From positions 1 through 54,750 of IMG/VR virus record IMGVR_UViG_3300022562_001966: a stretch of 54,750 nt of DNA, one strand, 5' to 3'. Made by a program: the position numbers and the translations under genes. The notes beneath the pieces are model-generated. The model saw nothing but the letters and a program-made list of their open reading frames with translations, ran no database searches and was not told where the DNA came from. This DNA comes from a virus. Lineage: Duplodnaviria; Caudoviricetes. Shown here in pieces: positions 36,278 to 46,645 of the stretch (positions are counted from its first letter, which is position 1; each line of letters starts with the position of its first letter).

Positions 36278-38250
36278 AAGTTGACCCTTGCATTCATTAA
36301 AAAGTCACTGATCAAAATATCATTACAGATATCGCCTGATTCAAATTCTATGAAATCAACATCAATGGCTGCACCAGATATGCCCGATACTGTATTTAAC
36401 AAAGTATTCGAATCCAAATTATAAACATAAAACGTCCATTCATTATTGACTGAATCAAACTCACTAACAATTCCGTACCATACATTTAATGAAATTGTGA
36501 CTCCAAGATTTTGCTGAAATATCGCAGGTGGCCCTGCAATTGGAAATTGATCAACGGCCAAAGTTCCAGTGTTTGGATTTATAGAAAACAGAATTAAATT
36601 TGAATCTGAATCAATTATCGTAATTCTGTTATTCAAAATCTGCGTATCAGTTAAGCATTTGAACTTGAATGAACAGGTTAATAAGTCGCCCATTTCTGTT
36701 ATTGCTTTTGAAAGCGTTTCATGGAAACCTGTATTCGAACCTATTATTTGCAAAGCAGAACCATAGTTATCATTAACTACTGAAAATAATGATGGTGATG
36801 ATTCTGTATAAGAACTGATATTAGTGAATGTTTCAGCCAATACATTAAAAGGTGCAACCTTGATTTCAGAAAACCGAATCTCGTCACTAACGGTTGCATC
36901 ATTTAGGTTATGAAATAATATTTGCTCAACTTGATAAACAAATTCATTCACTAACTCATCATTACCCAATTGCACTTGTGTTTGAGCATCTAAAAGTTCG
37001 ACAAACCAAGTTACACCATCAAAATACGCTTCTAATTCATACCAGATATTATCGGCCAATGAGGGATAAGCAATATTCAATAAATCAAAATCTATTCCCA
37101 CTCCCCTATTCAGCCAGATATTAAAATTATCCGAAGCGCCAACCAGATTTACCAATGTTTCGCCATCGCCAGTATTTGAAATAAACTTGAATTTAAACCC
37201 GACATAATGAATCAAACCTATATTCTGAACATTTCTGCTTGCTGTGACTGAATTATTTGATTCGATATTCATGGCTTTACCATAAGTATCCGTCACAAGG
37301 GAAATTTCGCTTGGCTGATCGATTGTATAAGGTATCAAATCATTGAATGGCTCATCCAATATTAACTCTGGATCAATCGGAATAGGCGCATTAACAACAT
37401 AGCCATCTGTAATTATGCCATTCGATCCATCAAGAATTCTTAAAGTGATATCCTGATATGGGAGCATGGAACCTGACCATTCAACTTCCCCTTGCTCGCT
37501 GACTGTAATCGTATTTCCATTAGAATCAGTATTGGGATAAATATACTGATCACCATCATTGGCAATCGGGGCATTGCCAGAAAATGAATTAACCGTGACA
37601 TAGGAAAATCCAATTTCTGGAATCAAGACAGGGGTAATGAACTGAACACCACCTGATTGCAGAACCATTGATTGGCCCATTTTTGTTGCTGCATTTTGTG
37701 GGTAAACAAAATCAAACTGTGTAGTCAGTGAATTGATAATATTGTGATTAGATTGTGTCACTGAATTTAATCGGCTATCGACACTTTGATAAGCACCATT
37801 TTGCCAACTTACTACAATGTTTGATGCATCCAAGCGAATTGGATTGCCATTATTTACAGCGTTAATCACTGGGGATGCTGGCTGAGAATTAAATTGCATT
37901 TGCCACTGGCAACTGACACGAAATGCAGCAACTTTGTTATGCCCCATTATCATTTCAATTTTAGGACTCTGAACAAAACGATATCGATTTATTTCTTTGG
38001 TAATTGGATGGCGATACTCGAATTCATTTATTCCTTGCAAGCAATCCGTTTCAAAGAATTCCATAAACAATGCATACAGTTTTGCATCCAAAGTCCATGA
38101 CAAATTAACGGTTCTCATTTCCAGAGTTGATCGTCTTCTGACTTTAGGTGGCCCAACATCAACATTTGTTATCAGAGTATTTGGTTCATCCTGCTCTGAC
38201 CATGTTTGAGAGCAATCCGGCAACCCTGCCTTCCACTGAACCAATGCCAT
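36274..38250 (-). CDS. Distal tail protein (gpM/Dit-like) with a C-terminal extension of about 540 aa
   Basis: N-terminal W.AGLP...DVGPPKVRRR...F.EFF...G...F.Y.HP...YRF; follows the TMP; two repeated beta-sandwich-like domains. Confidence 0.8.
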   Translation of the reverse strand: MALVQWKAGLPDCSQTWSEQDEPNTLITNVDVGPPKVRRRSTLEMRTVNLSWTLDAKLYALFMEFFETDCLQGINEFEYRHPITKEINRYRFVQSPKIEMIMGHNKVAAFRVSCQWQMQFNSQPASPVINAVNNGNPIRLDASNIVVSWQNGAYQSVDSRLNSVTQSNHNIINSLTTQFDFVYPQNAATKMGQSMVLQSGGVQFITPVLIPEIGFSYVTVNSFSGNAPIANDGDQYIYPNTDSNGNTITVSEQGEVEWSGSMLPYQDITLRILDGSNGIITDGYVVNAPIPIDPELILDEPFNDLIPYTIDQPSEISLVTDTYGKAMNIESNNSVTASRNVQNIGLIHYVGFKFKFISNTGDGETLVNLVGASDNFNIWLNRGVGIDFDLLNIAYPSLADNIWYELEAYFDGVTWFVELLDAQTQVQLGNDELVNEFVYQVEQILFHNLNDATVSDEIRFSEIKVAPFNVLAETFTNISSYTESSPSLFSVVNDNYGSALQIIGSNTGFHETLSKAITEMGDLLTCSFKFKCLTDTQILNNRITIIDSDSNLILFSINPNTGTLAVDQFPIAGPPAIFQQNLGVTISLNVWYGIVSEFDSVNNEWTFYVYNLDSNTLLNTVSGISGAAIDVDFIEFESGDICNDILISDFLMNARVNL

Positions 38251-38252
38251 TA

Positions 38253-40766
38253 TTATGTTCCTCTTCTCTGAATTCCGTATTGGCCGCTAAGGGTATTATC
38301 GAATCGGCCTCTTGCAATGGCACTTTCGATTGTACTTTCAATCATTACATCAACTGTTCTGCCATCACTGCTTCTACGCTGAGTTGTGGTTGTTTCATTT
38401 CCACTGTTGTTGATAATATTGACAGCAACATTATCAGCAATACTACTTGATGCAGAACTCGTATACGCATTTGTTAATGGCACACTACTCTCAACATTTC
38501 CGCCAAATAATTTACCCCCCAAAGATTTCAGGTAATCAAACCCCTGAGTGATAAATGATGCACTTCCAGTATCACCGCTTGATGAAGCATTATTTGGATC
38601 AGTAATTAATCCAATATCACTGAAGAGTTTTCGGAATTGCTGAGATACGAATAATCTTGCTGTATCTTCAAGAATTGAATTTATCATATCCCTGAAACTG
38701 GCTTTGCCTGTTTTCGCAAACTCAATAAAAGCATCCGTCATGTGTCCAACCGCTTTTTCTGAAACGTCATTCAGGATTTTTTGCATTTCAGTTAATTCTT
38801 TTTTCATATCTTTAGCAGATATACCAAACGCCTTTTGCAAAGCGATAACCTGTTTTTCAGTCAATCCATACAAATCAGCCATTTCTTTTATTTTTTGATT
38901 AATTTCATCTTGCTCTTGTCCCTGCTCAATGATCTCAACCATTTTTATCTTTAACTGATCAGCCAAAGGTGCAGCATCACCCAAATACTTAACTAATGCT
39001 GCATATTCTTCAAACGTCCCTGTTGATCGAACATCATCCAGTTTGGATAATGCCTTTTGCGTTTTTTCGGAATCTTCTGAAAGCTTGTAAAATATCTTTT
39101 GAACATCATCCAGTGATTCTTTGTATTCCTTTAATTTGCGTTCATCAAAAGCTTTTTGAATGGATTTTTCCGCACGCTCAAATGCTTTAGGATCAATATC
39201 AAAATCGATCTTTCCATCTGTTTTTAATTTCTGTAGTGTGGATTGCAGTTCTCTTAAATCCTTTAATTCTCGCTTTCTTTCCTCTTCAGCAGTTTCATTG
39301 GATTCAACCAGCTTTTGATAACTTGACGTTGAATCTTTGATCAGTTTGTTTATCTCTTTGTTTTCTTCTTTAATCCTCAACAACTTTTCAAGCTGCTGCT
39401 CATCCAACCCAAGTTTTAAATAATTCTGTTTAAGATACTCATCATAAGACTGATTTAATAAATCCTGTTGAATCAATTTTTTTGCATCTGCATCTGCCTC
39501 TTCAACGGCCAAAACGCTAAGCAATTTTTCTTGGCCAATGCGTCCTTGCAAAGCCAATTCTCTAGTTTGCGTTAATTTCTCTTGCAAATGCTGTTGTTGC
39601 TGAGTTGCTTCATTTATTTCATTTAATCTGCTTCTTAATTCCTTAAATTTAGGATTAGCTTTATCTAAACTTCCAGCTAGAAATTCTGCATTTGTTTGAA
39701 CATCAATATCATTAATAATATCCAATAAAGCTTGCGCTTCTTTTCCACTTATTTTTAAACCTAAAACCAATTCACTAATCCCAGCATCACGGCCAAAAAG
39801 ACCGCCAAGAATAGTTTGATATTCTTTAGCAAGGGAGTTTGCCTCACCTTTTACCAAGCTGGTTAATGCTTTTACTTTTCCCTCACTGGCTTTGATGGCA
39901 TTTTCTAAGGAATTTGCAGTGATATCTTCTGAAATTCTATTTTGAATATCATCTACTTCTTTCAGTTGATCTATATAGGACGATAAATCAATTTTATCGA
40001 AAGTTTCACCGATGCCTACCAATGCATCATCAAGCTCTTTGGTGCTTCTTTTTAATCCAGCAGTTGGCGATATTGATTTCTGCAATTCATCAATGTATTT
40101 TCCAGCAAAGATACCAACTGCCGTTGCTGCCAAACCTGCTACTGCACCAATGGCACCAAAGGCACCTAATACCTGTGGAACTTGTTGGGTGAATGCAACG
40201 GATGCTCTTGTTCCATTTTGGATAGAAACACCAAAGTCAGTGACTTGGTAAGCGGTATTTTGTGCTAACTGACGAAATCTGGCTAACCCTTTTCCTGATT
40301 GCTCAACCGCTGCGCCTGTTCCAAGTTGCTTTGCTTGTAATTTTTCAAGTTCATTCGAATACAAATTAATGATTGAAGCATTGTCTTTTGCATTAAGCTT
40401 CAGTTTCTTTAATTCATTATTTAAGAAAGCAACTCTTGTTGGAATTTCCCGCAACTCTTGTTCGGCTCTGGCCAGTGAGTTTTTCCACTGATCCATCGAA
40501 GTCTGATTTTCTTTTGCGGTTCTTGATGCAGTCTGTAATGGGCCATTTAATTGTCGTGTGGCCTGTGTTAATTTTTTTACTTCCTTTTCAACTTCTTCAA
40601 TACCTTGACCACCATTTTCACCAACCTCTTTTAATGATTGGTGAATGTTCTTTGCTTGATCAGTTAATTCTTTCGAGGCTTGTGCAAAACCATTTAAAGC
40701 CGTTCGAACGGATTCATCCATTTCGGCTTTAATCAGCAATATATATTCTTCAGTATTATCTGGCAT
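38253..40766 (-). CDS. Tail tape measure protein
   Basis: QNTAYQVTDFGVSIQNG...AFTQQVPQ and lambda-type DAFIEFAKTGKASFRDMINSILED; helical, 837 aa. Confidence 0.93.
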   Translation of the reverse strand: MPDNTEEYILLIKAEMDESVRTALNGFAQASKELTDQAKNIHQSLKEVGENGGQGIEEVEKEVKKLTQATRQLNGPLQTASRTAKENQTSMDQWKNSLARAEQELREIPTRVAFLNNELKKLKLNAKDNASIINLYSNELEKLQAKQLGTGAAVEQSGKGLARFRQLAQNTAYQVTDFGVSIQNGTRASVAFTQQVPQVLGAFGAIGAVAGLAATAVGIFAGKYIDELQKSISPTAGLKRSTKELDDALVGIGETFDKIDLSSYIDQLKEVDDIQNRISEDITANSLENAIKASEGKVKALTSLVKGEANSLAKEYQTILGGLFGRDAGISELVLGLKISGKEAQALLDIINDIDVQTNAEFLAGSLDKANPKFKELRSRLNEINEATQQQQHLQEKLTQTRELALQGRIGQEKLLSVLAVEEADADAKKLIQQDLLNQSYDEYLKQNYLKLGLDEQQLEKLLRIKEENKEINKLIKDSTSSYQKLVESNETAEEERKRELKDLRELQSTLQKLKTDGKIDFDIDPKAFERAEKSIQKAFDERKLKEYKESLDDVQKIFYKLSEDSEKTQKALSKLDDVRSTGTFEEYAALVKYLGDAAPLADQLKIKMVEIIEQGQEQDEINQKIKEMADLYGLTEKQVIALQKAFGISAKDMKKELTEMQKILNDVSEKAVGHMTDAFIEFAKTGKASFRDMINSILEDTARLFVSQQFRKLFSDIGLITDPNNASSSGDTGSASFITQGFDYLKSLGGKLFGGNVESSVPLTNAYTSSASSSIADNVAVNIINNSGNETTTTQRRSSDGRTVDVMIESTIESAIARGRFDNTLSGQYGIQRRGT

Positions 40767-41547
40767 TTCTTACCGCCCCTCGTCTGACATTCAGGAACTT
40801 AATCTTAATTGCCCAAGCACCCAAATACTGAAGCTTGCCCCAATTCGCTCGCCCCTCTTCTGTTCTCAATGGTGGCTGACCAATTTTTTCCAATACAGCC
40901 TTTGACCTGAAAGCCTTAACCTGAATTGCACTGGAAAATTTTCCTTTAATTCCCAGTTTTTTCTTAATTCGCCTTGATGCCAATCCAAAATAACCTCCAC
41001 CATGATCCTTTAAATTGGCATCCTTTAATGGCTTTTTAATTCGCAGAGAACCTTTCACTTTGCCTTTGGTATTGAGGTATTGTTGCCAAGGATCAGCAGA
41101 TGTGATCACGATATAATCACCAAAAGAAAAATCATTAATCGTATTGACTCCGGTAATATCACGCAAAGCTGGTTTACTTAAATCATCGCTTCCAAGAAAA
41201 ACCTTTACCGATTTGGGAACACCTTCCCGAATAGAACCCCAATTGGCGGCTCTTTTCTCTGCTGTTGTCGCAAAAATATTTGCGAATTCCTTAATGGCCA
41301 TCTTTATAGCCGCTTCAACCCAAACAACTCTGACTTCTTTTCTTGCACTGTTAATATCAACAACGCTATCAGCCAATCTGTTATCAACTGATATTGTGTA
41401 AGGCTCACCCTCACGCTCTTTAATCTTGGCCGTAACTATGGATTTTGCTTTATCACGAAAATAGGGCAAAGCTTCATTATCAATCAATGCTTTTAATTGA
41501 TCGTGTAATGATTTTGCTGGCCCTTTTATTTCCGCTTCAAATATCAT
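40756..41547 (-). CDS. Putative tail completion / neck protein (HK97 gp10-like, relocated)
   Basis: Basic 263-aa protein between the chaperones and the TMP; positional inference. Confidence 0.4.
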   Translation of the reverse strand: MIFEAEIKGPAKSLHDQLKALIDNEALPYFRDKAKSIVTAKIKEREGEPYTISVDNRLADSVVDINSARKEVRVVWVEAAIKMAIKEFANIFATTAEKRAANWGSIREGVPKSVKVFLGSDDLSKPALRDITGVNTINDFSFGDYIVITSADPWQQYLNTKGKVKGSLRIKKPLKDANLKDHGGGYFGLASRRIKKKLGIKGKFSSAIQVKAFRSKAVLEKIGQPPLRTEEGRANWGKLQYLGAWAIKIKFLNVRRGAVRNAR

Positions 41548-41759
41548 TTATTAAACAACCCGCTCAATTGCTCTGGCGTAAATTCCGTTACATCAATTGC
41601 TTTAGGTTTGTTTTTATTTTGATAGTATCTAAGCCAGCCTAAAAACTCTTTTAACGGCATTTCTTCAAGAATCTTATAAACTGGCATTCGAAGTTGTTCA
41701 GCTAAAATATAGAGCGTTTCATCCCAATCAGTCTTGATCTTCACTTGAAATAAAACCAT
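41544..41759 (-). CDS. Tail assembly chaperone, gpT-like part
   Basis: LAEQLRMPVYKILEEMPLKEFLGWLRYY motif; overlaps the gpG-like ORF. Confidence 0.75.
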   Translation of the reverse strand: MVLFQVKIKTDWDETLYILAEQLRMPVYKILEEMPLKEFLGWLRYYQNKNKPKAIDVTEFTPEQLSGLFNK

Positions 41760-41976
41760 TTAAGCGAAAAGCCGTTTGAGTAATTTGTTTCATTAACGGC
41801 ATCAATGATCGGAAATCAGTACCACCAATAGGCTGATTGTTTTTTGTGACGCATTTCATAATGATTTCTTTCTGCAACACTTCGGCGCTTTCATTATTGG
41901 CCACATTAAGCAAATCCAAACCTTGTTCTACTGTTAAAGCATGAACTTCAAATTCACCAACTTTTTCAAATTTCAT
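41728..41976 (-). CDS. Tail assembly chaperone gpG-like (start refined to MKFEKV)
   Basis: RBS AAAGGA before ATG at 41976; follows the tail tube gene. Confidence 0.7.
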   Translation of the reverse strand: MKFEKVGEFEVHALTVEQGLDLLNVANNESAEVLQKEIIMKCVTKNNQPIGGTDFRSLMPLMKQITQTAFRLNGFISSEDQD

Positions 41977-42071
41977 TTCACAATTCCTTTTCGTTAGGGT
42001 GGTGGGCAGAACGAAGGTTGGAAGTGACCTTTGGCGCATTGCTGCTAACCACTACCCACCATAAACTTCCA

Positions 42072-42743
42072 TTAAGGGTTAACGTACCTGATTTGTGTGT
42101 TTTGATTCATGGTTGCTGTCCAAGCAATACCGCCTTCCAACGGCGCTTGCCAGCTTACGGAACCGACTGTAACTATCCCCACCAAGTAGCCATAATCTTG
42201 AGGGAATCGCACCTTGAATACCCGATTGGCACCATCCATTTCTGCTGCCAATACTTCCTGATAGCCAGAATCATTCGGATCGACATAGCCGCCAATGGTG
42301 ATATTCCCCAATTGAGGATTGCCGCCAACGCTACTTGCGGTATCACAAAAGGTTGCCGTTGAAATGGATTGAGTTGTTGATTCGCCGATATCTAATTGAC
42401 TCAGACAAAGACTGACAAAATCAGCAGAGCCATAAAGAGTTGCCGTAATGCTTCCACCAACTGCACCTGTTGAAGACGATAAATCAATTCCAGCCAAACT
42501 AAACTGACTGGCAGTTGGCGTCACATCAGAACCAACAAGAAAAGATTTTCCGTTTAACTCTTCAAAACCAGTATTGGAACCGAAAACTACAACGTCACCA
42601 ACATTTGGCGCTGCACCCAAAGGTGTTGTTAAATCAATAACAGGGGGATTTGCGGCAGATATCGCTGAAATATCCAAGGCATCACCGCTTGCACTTCCAT
42701 TTAATAATTCAATGACAATGCCTTTCGTTGAAATAGCTGTCAT
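42072..42743 (-). CDS. Major tail tube protein
   Basis: ISAISAANPPVI insertion domain; G...LGNITIGGY.DP.D.GY; typical position. Confidence 0.85.
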   Translation of the reverse strand: MTAISTKGIVIELLNGSASGDALDISAISAANPPVIDLTTPLGAAPNVGDVVVFGSNTGFEELNGKSFLVGSDVTPTASQFSLAGIDLSSSTGAVGGSITATLYGSADFVSLCLSQLDIGESTTQSISTATFCDTASSVGGNPQLGNITIGGYVDPNDSGYQEVLAAEMDGANRVFKVRFPQDYGYLVGIVTVGSVSWQAPLEGGIAWTATMNQNTQIRYVNP

Positions 42744-42819
42744 AATGGCCTCCTTGCCTTATAACAATATTGATGGCGGCATTATCAAAGCTTAACTCGT
42801 TGCCACCAACGCGAGTTAA

Positions 42820-43206
42820 TTACGCATTGTGCTGACACTCATATTCAATTAAAAATGTCACACCGTAATAATTTTCATCCGTGAAATCTTCTGCTGTATT
42901 GGACTCAATCAGATTAACTACTCCGGTTAAATCTAATCTGCTCATTAATAACTCGATCTCTGATTCGGCCAATGATAATACCGCTGCATCGCCAAGACCG
43001 ACTGGCCCAAAATAATAAACCTGAAACGAACCTGACTCTTCTCGATCACCACAATAATTTAACTTCTGGTTACTGGAAAAACCCCATTCCACTGTACACC
43101 AATAATCATCATTTGGAGCCTGTTCCAAATTCACTGTGTCGTAAAATGGCACTGTTCCCAATGCCAACCAATCACGAATTGTTTGTCTCAATATCAGGCT
43201 TGCCAT
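42820..43206 (-). CDS. Tail terminator-like protein
   Basis: 128 aa, acidic, immediately before the tail tube gene. Confidence 0.6.
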   Translation of the reverse strand: MASLILRQTIRDWLALGTVPFYDTVNLEQAPNDDYWCTVEWGFSSNQKLNYCGDREESGSFQVYYFGPVGLGDAAVLSLAESEIELLMSRLDLTGVVNLIESNTAEDFTDENYYGVTFLIEYECQHNA

Positions 43207-43378
43207 AAGTCCTTTCTGATTCGGTTATTGCGTCTTGCAATGTTTTCCAATTGGTTACTTTTTGCCCATCAAATAAGGCAAAAACAATTCCGCCTTTGCA
43301 TGGCTTGAACAACTTAATAATGCGATGGCCATTTTCATTTCGCCAACTGCAATGACTCGTCTGAACAAATCCGCTCAT
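43172..43378 (-). CDS. Small hypothetical protein
   Basis: 68 aa; ATGA overlap with the upstream gene. Confidence 0.5.
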   Translation of the reverse strand: MSGFVQTSHCSWRNENGHRIIKLFKPCKGGIVFALFDGQKVTNWKTLQDAITESERTYGKPDIETNNS

Positions 43379-43707
43379 TTCCCTTTACAGTAGCAAGTAT
43401 AGCTAACTACAGAACCATCAACCCTAGATCGATGAATGATTACCAAATCAATAATGAATTTGACGCCTTGTAAGTCCAACACTGAATCAAACTTTTCTGG
43501 CTTGATTGGCAAATCATCGGCATCAAATTGTAGGCTGACACCATTAATTCCATAAGCATTAACAATCTGATCATTTTCACGCTTTGTACTTTGAAAAATA
43601 ACCTTATCAACAACCGCTGTTTGTTGTGGCGCTTTTGCTTGTGTCCATGTCATCTGTTGACCAAGATGTTTTTTCAACTCGACAAATTCAGATTTTATTA
43701 ACACCAA
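43375..43707 (-). CDS. Head closure / head-tail joining protein
   Basis: 110 aa beta-rich protein after the connector. Confidence 0.6.
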   Translation of the reverse strand: MVLIKSEFVELKKHLGQQMTWTQAKAPQQTAVVDKVIFQSTKRENDQIVNAYGINGVSLQFDADDLPIKPEKFDSVLDLQGVKFIIDLVIIHRSRVDGSVVSYTCYCKGK

Positions 43708-44300
43708 ATTCTCCGATAATCATTCAAAATGCCAATTACATTCATCGGCAATCCAGTCGCAATATCAATATCACCACCACTACTAGAACTGCTGTTCACA
43801 TCAAATTCCACTCTGGCACCATCGCTGGATATGGCCTTTACACCACTTGAGGTTGTTCCATCATTTACATAAGTGAATTGGCTCCACACCTGATCAAATA
43901 TCATATACATGGCCATTTTTAATCCGCCAACCAAAGGATCAGTCATGGTATACGTAATTGAACATTCATGACTCCGAAAAGGCGTATCACACATCATAAG
44001 GCCATTCACTTTCAACAAATGATAATTCGGAACAGTTTCATCAGAACCAGCCACGATATTATCTATTGAAACGGTTGGATACCCTTTCAAAGAAATCGTC
44101 ATTGTATTGATATGGGTGAATTCTTCAGTTTCTTGTCCGGTTTCTGAATACAAAATTCGATTCAGATAATTTTCCATCCAAGCGATTGTCATTGCATAGG
44201 CTTGATTAATTTCATCATCCTTTGCAACATCAAGACCATTCAAGCCAATTCGAATTCTTAACGCCATTAAAGTATCGGAATCTGGAATTGCCGTTGTCAT
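43698..44300 (-). CDS. Head-tail connector / adaptor (gp6/gp15-like)
   Basis: D.EI...AWMENYLNR...GLPMNVIGILNDYRR. Confidence 0.75.
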   Translation of the reverse strand: MTTAIPDSDTLMALRIRIGLNGLDVAKDDEINQAYAMTIAWMENYLNRILYSETGQETEEFTHINTMTISLKGYPTVSIDNIVAGSDETVPNYHLLKVNGLMMCDTPFRSHECSITYTMTDPLVGGLKMAMYMIFDQVWSQFTYVNDGTTSSGVKAISSDGARVEFDVNSSSSSGGDIDIATGLPMNVIGILNDYRRIWC

Positions 44301-46645
44301 TATTCAGCCTCCAAAAGCGGAATCCAATGCGGTGAAGACATGACACCTTTAATGGGAACTTTTGCGGCCAAATATAGGGATTTCCCATTTTTAACAACAT
44401 CACCCTTGCCATACGCTTTGTTTTCACTCCAAACACCCCTGAACCACTTCATTTCAATGGCATCATCATCAGGTGGTTCAGGGGGTTTGGCCAACTGCTT
44501 CACAGACTGAAGCATCTTGTTTTCCACTTCGAATACATGGCCATCTGACATGACAAAAACCAATGCTTCATCTTCACATTGAATTTCGACTAAAGTTGCA
44601 GCATCCTTGCCGCATTCGCCATCCTTGCCATCTTTTCCATCAACACCATTTTTCCCTCGCTGGACAATCATCTGGGCCTTACCATTAATACACATAAAGG
44701 TACTGCCACCATCGATGTAAAAATCCCCTTCCAGCAAGTCTTCTGGACTTTTCGGCTTATGTTTAATCCACCTAAGACCAGAATTACCAACCCGTTCCCA
44801 ATCCTCAGAAACGCTTGGCACACCATTGGTATTCTTTAGGGCTTTAAAACACTGACCAATATTGGCTTGTACCTCTTCACCTTTAAGGTAAATTTCGCCT
44901 TTGACATATTGTTTTGTGTCAAACCCTAAGCCAGCAATACCATTCTTGCCATCTTTACCATCCTTTGGTTTTGGCAAGGATTCCAAATACGATTTCACCA
45001 TTTCTTCAACGGCTATCATCGACTTGGTATAAAATTCATGACTTTGTTTTTCTATGTTCTCTATAATTTCATGTTCAATCTTTTTTTTGACAGTGTTCAA
45101 ATATGAATCAATATATTTCGTGAAATGCTCATTGAGTCGTAAATCATCGACTAATTTTTCAACGTCAATTTCAATTTCTAAATTAGCATTGTCCTTTATT
45201 TTAGTTTCCAAGGCTTTTATTAAATTAGAATATGCATCTAGCTTTTCTTTAACTTCAACTTTGGCAACTTCTATTTCAGTTTGAATATCAACCCTGATTT
45301 GATTCTCAAATACCTCAGATATTTGCTTGCTGATTCCAGAAACGTATCTTGAAAAATCGTTACTTTTGATACATTCTTTGAGTACATTTTCTGGCTTAAA
45401 TTTATAAGCCAATTGATTCAATCCACTTTGCCAATTTCGATCAACAGAATCAATCGACCAACTTAAATGGTCAATCTTCTCTTGAAATTTCTTTGTCATA
45501 CTTTCTTCTGAAGAAATTTCAACGGATTTCAGTTTTTTATCAAAGGATGATTTTAAATCAGATTCAATTTTTCTTATCTGGATTTTTAAGTCTTGTTTGC
45601 AAACCCTATCTTTAAGATCGTTATTGATACCCAAAACTGAATCTTTGATGGTCTTTTCAATTGCCTCTTTTTCGCTCAAAAAGGCATCAAAGTTTTTATT
45701 CCATGCCTCTTCAAATCGAAATGTGAATATTGCAATCACAGAATCAACAAATTCTTTCGATTCAAGGAATTTCAAAACATCGAATTCATTATCAGTTTCA
45801 GAAAGCAATTTAATCTGCTGTCTTAATTCAAAGCAGTCTTTTTCAAATGATTGCTTTAACTCATTCTGAAAATCAGAAATAACCTGAACCCTTTCATCAA
45901 TTCTCTGATCAAAGCAAGATTGAAATTCAGGGATTTCTTTAATCTGGAAAAACATATCGCTTGGATCAGGTTTGATTTCCCTGACCTCTGTTAATTGTTT
46001 TGCCAGAAATTCCAAATATTCTTCTATTTTCTTGAAACTCACATCAAACGATTTTTCAAAACCATTGAGTTGGCTTTCGAAATCGGATTTAATTTCATCT
46101 AAACAGGCAAATCTGCCTTTGACTGATTCAATTTTTTCATTGATTAAATTTAACTCATCCGTATTGGATGCTTTATTCGATTGAATAGAAGATTCAAGGT
46201 CTTTTAATGAGCAATTTAACTGTTCGAAATCGACTACTATTGAATCAATTCCTTTCTTCAATTCATTCGCTACGCTGATTTCTTCAACTAAATCGCAAAC
46301 ACTCTTTTCAATTTGCTCAATCGCCTGAATATGCGGTTGCATCAATTCCTTATTTTGTTTTTCACAAAAATCCAGAAATTGGGTATCTTTTATTTCAAAT
46401 TTTCCATCAATATCTGAAATAGTCTTGATTAAACTTTGTTCAAATGAGTTTTCTATATCAACCAATTTTTCAGCAACCAAACTTAATTGCTGTTTAAGAC
46501 CATCAACATCTACTCTGAATTCAGTATCACGAATGTTTAGATTTTGATCTATTTCTAATCGCAATTCGGCCATTTTGGTTTTTAATGCTGATCCAAATTC
46601 ACCGGCAACACTTTTAATAATCGCAATCTGGTTCTCTTTGCTCAT
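44300..46645 (-). CDS. Long coiled-coil protein with collagen-like GKDG repeats and carbohydrate-binding-like modules
   Basis: About 550 aa coiled coil; PKDGKDGKNG and GVDGKDGKDG; WFRGVWSENKAYGKGDVV. Confidence 0.75.
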   Translation of the reverse strand: MSKENQIAIIKSVAGEFGSALKTKMAELRLEIDQNLNIRDTEFRVDVDGLKQQLSLVAEKLVDIENSFEQSLIKTISDIDGKFEIKDTQFLDFCEKQNKELMQPHIQAIEQIEKSVCDLVEEISVANELKKGIDSIVVDFEQLNCSLKDLESSIQSNKASNTDELNLINEKIESVKGRFACLDEIKSDFESQLNGFEKSFDVSFKKIEEYLEFLAKQLTEVREIKPDPSDMFFQIKEIPEFQSCFDQRIDERVQVISDFQNELKQSFEKDCFELRQQIKLLSETDNEFDVLKFLESKEFVDSVIAIFTFRFEEAWNKNFDAFLSEKEAIEKTIKDSVLGINNDLKDRVCKQDLKIQIRKIESDLKSSFDKKLKSVEISSEESMTKKFQEKIDHLSWSIDSVDRNWQSGLNQLAYKFKPENVLKECIKSNDFSRYVSGISKQISEVFENQIRVDIQTEIEVAKVEVKEKLDAYSNLIKALETKIKDNANLEIEIDVEKLVDDLRLNEHFTKYIDSYLNTVKKKIEHEIIENIEKQSHEFYTKSMIAVEEMVKSYLESLPKPKDGKDGKNGIAGLGFDTKQYVKGEIYLKGEEVQANIGQCFKALKNTNGVPSVSEDWERVGNSGLRWIKHKPKSPEDLLEGDFYIDGGSTFMCINGKAQMIVQRGKNGVDGKDGKDGECGKDAATLVEIQCEDEALVFVMSDGHVFEVENKMLQSVKQLAKPPEPPDDDAIEMKWFRGVWSENKAYGKGDVVKNGKSLYLAAKVPIKGVMSSPHWIPLLEAE

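Noticed and set aside
42040-42080. Programmed frameshift extending the tail tube at CCT TAA
   Set aside because: The +1 frame stops after about 31 codons, and the -1 and read-through frames stop within 10 codons; no Ig-like domain is gained
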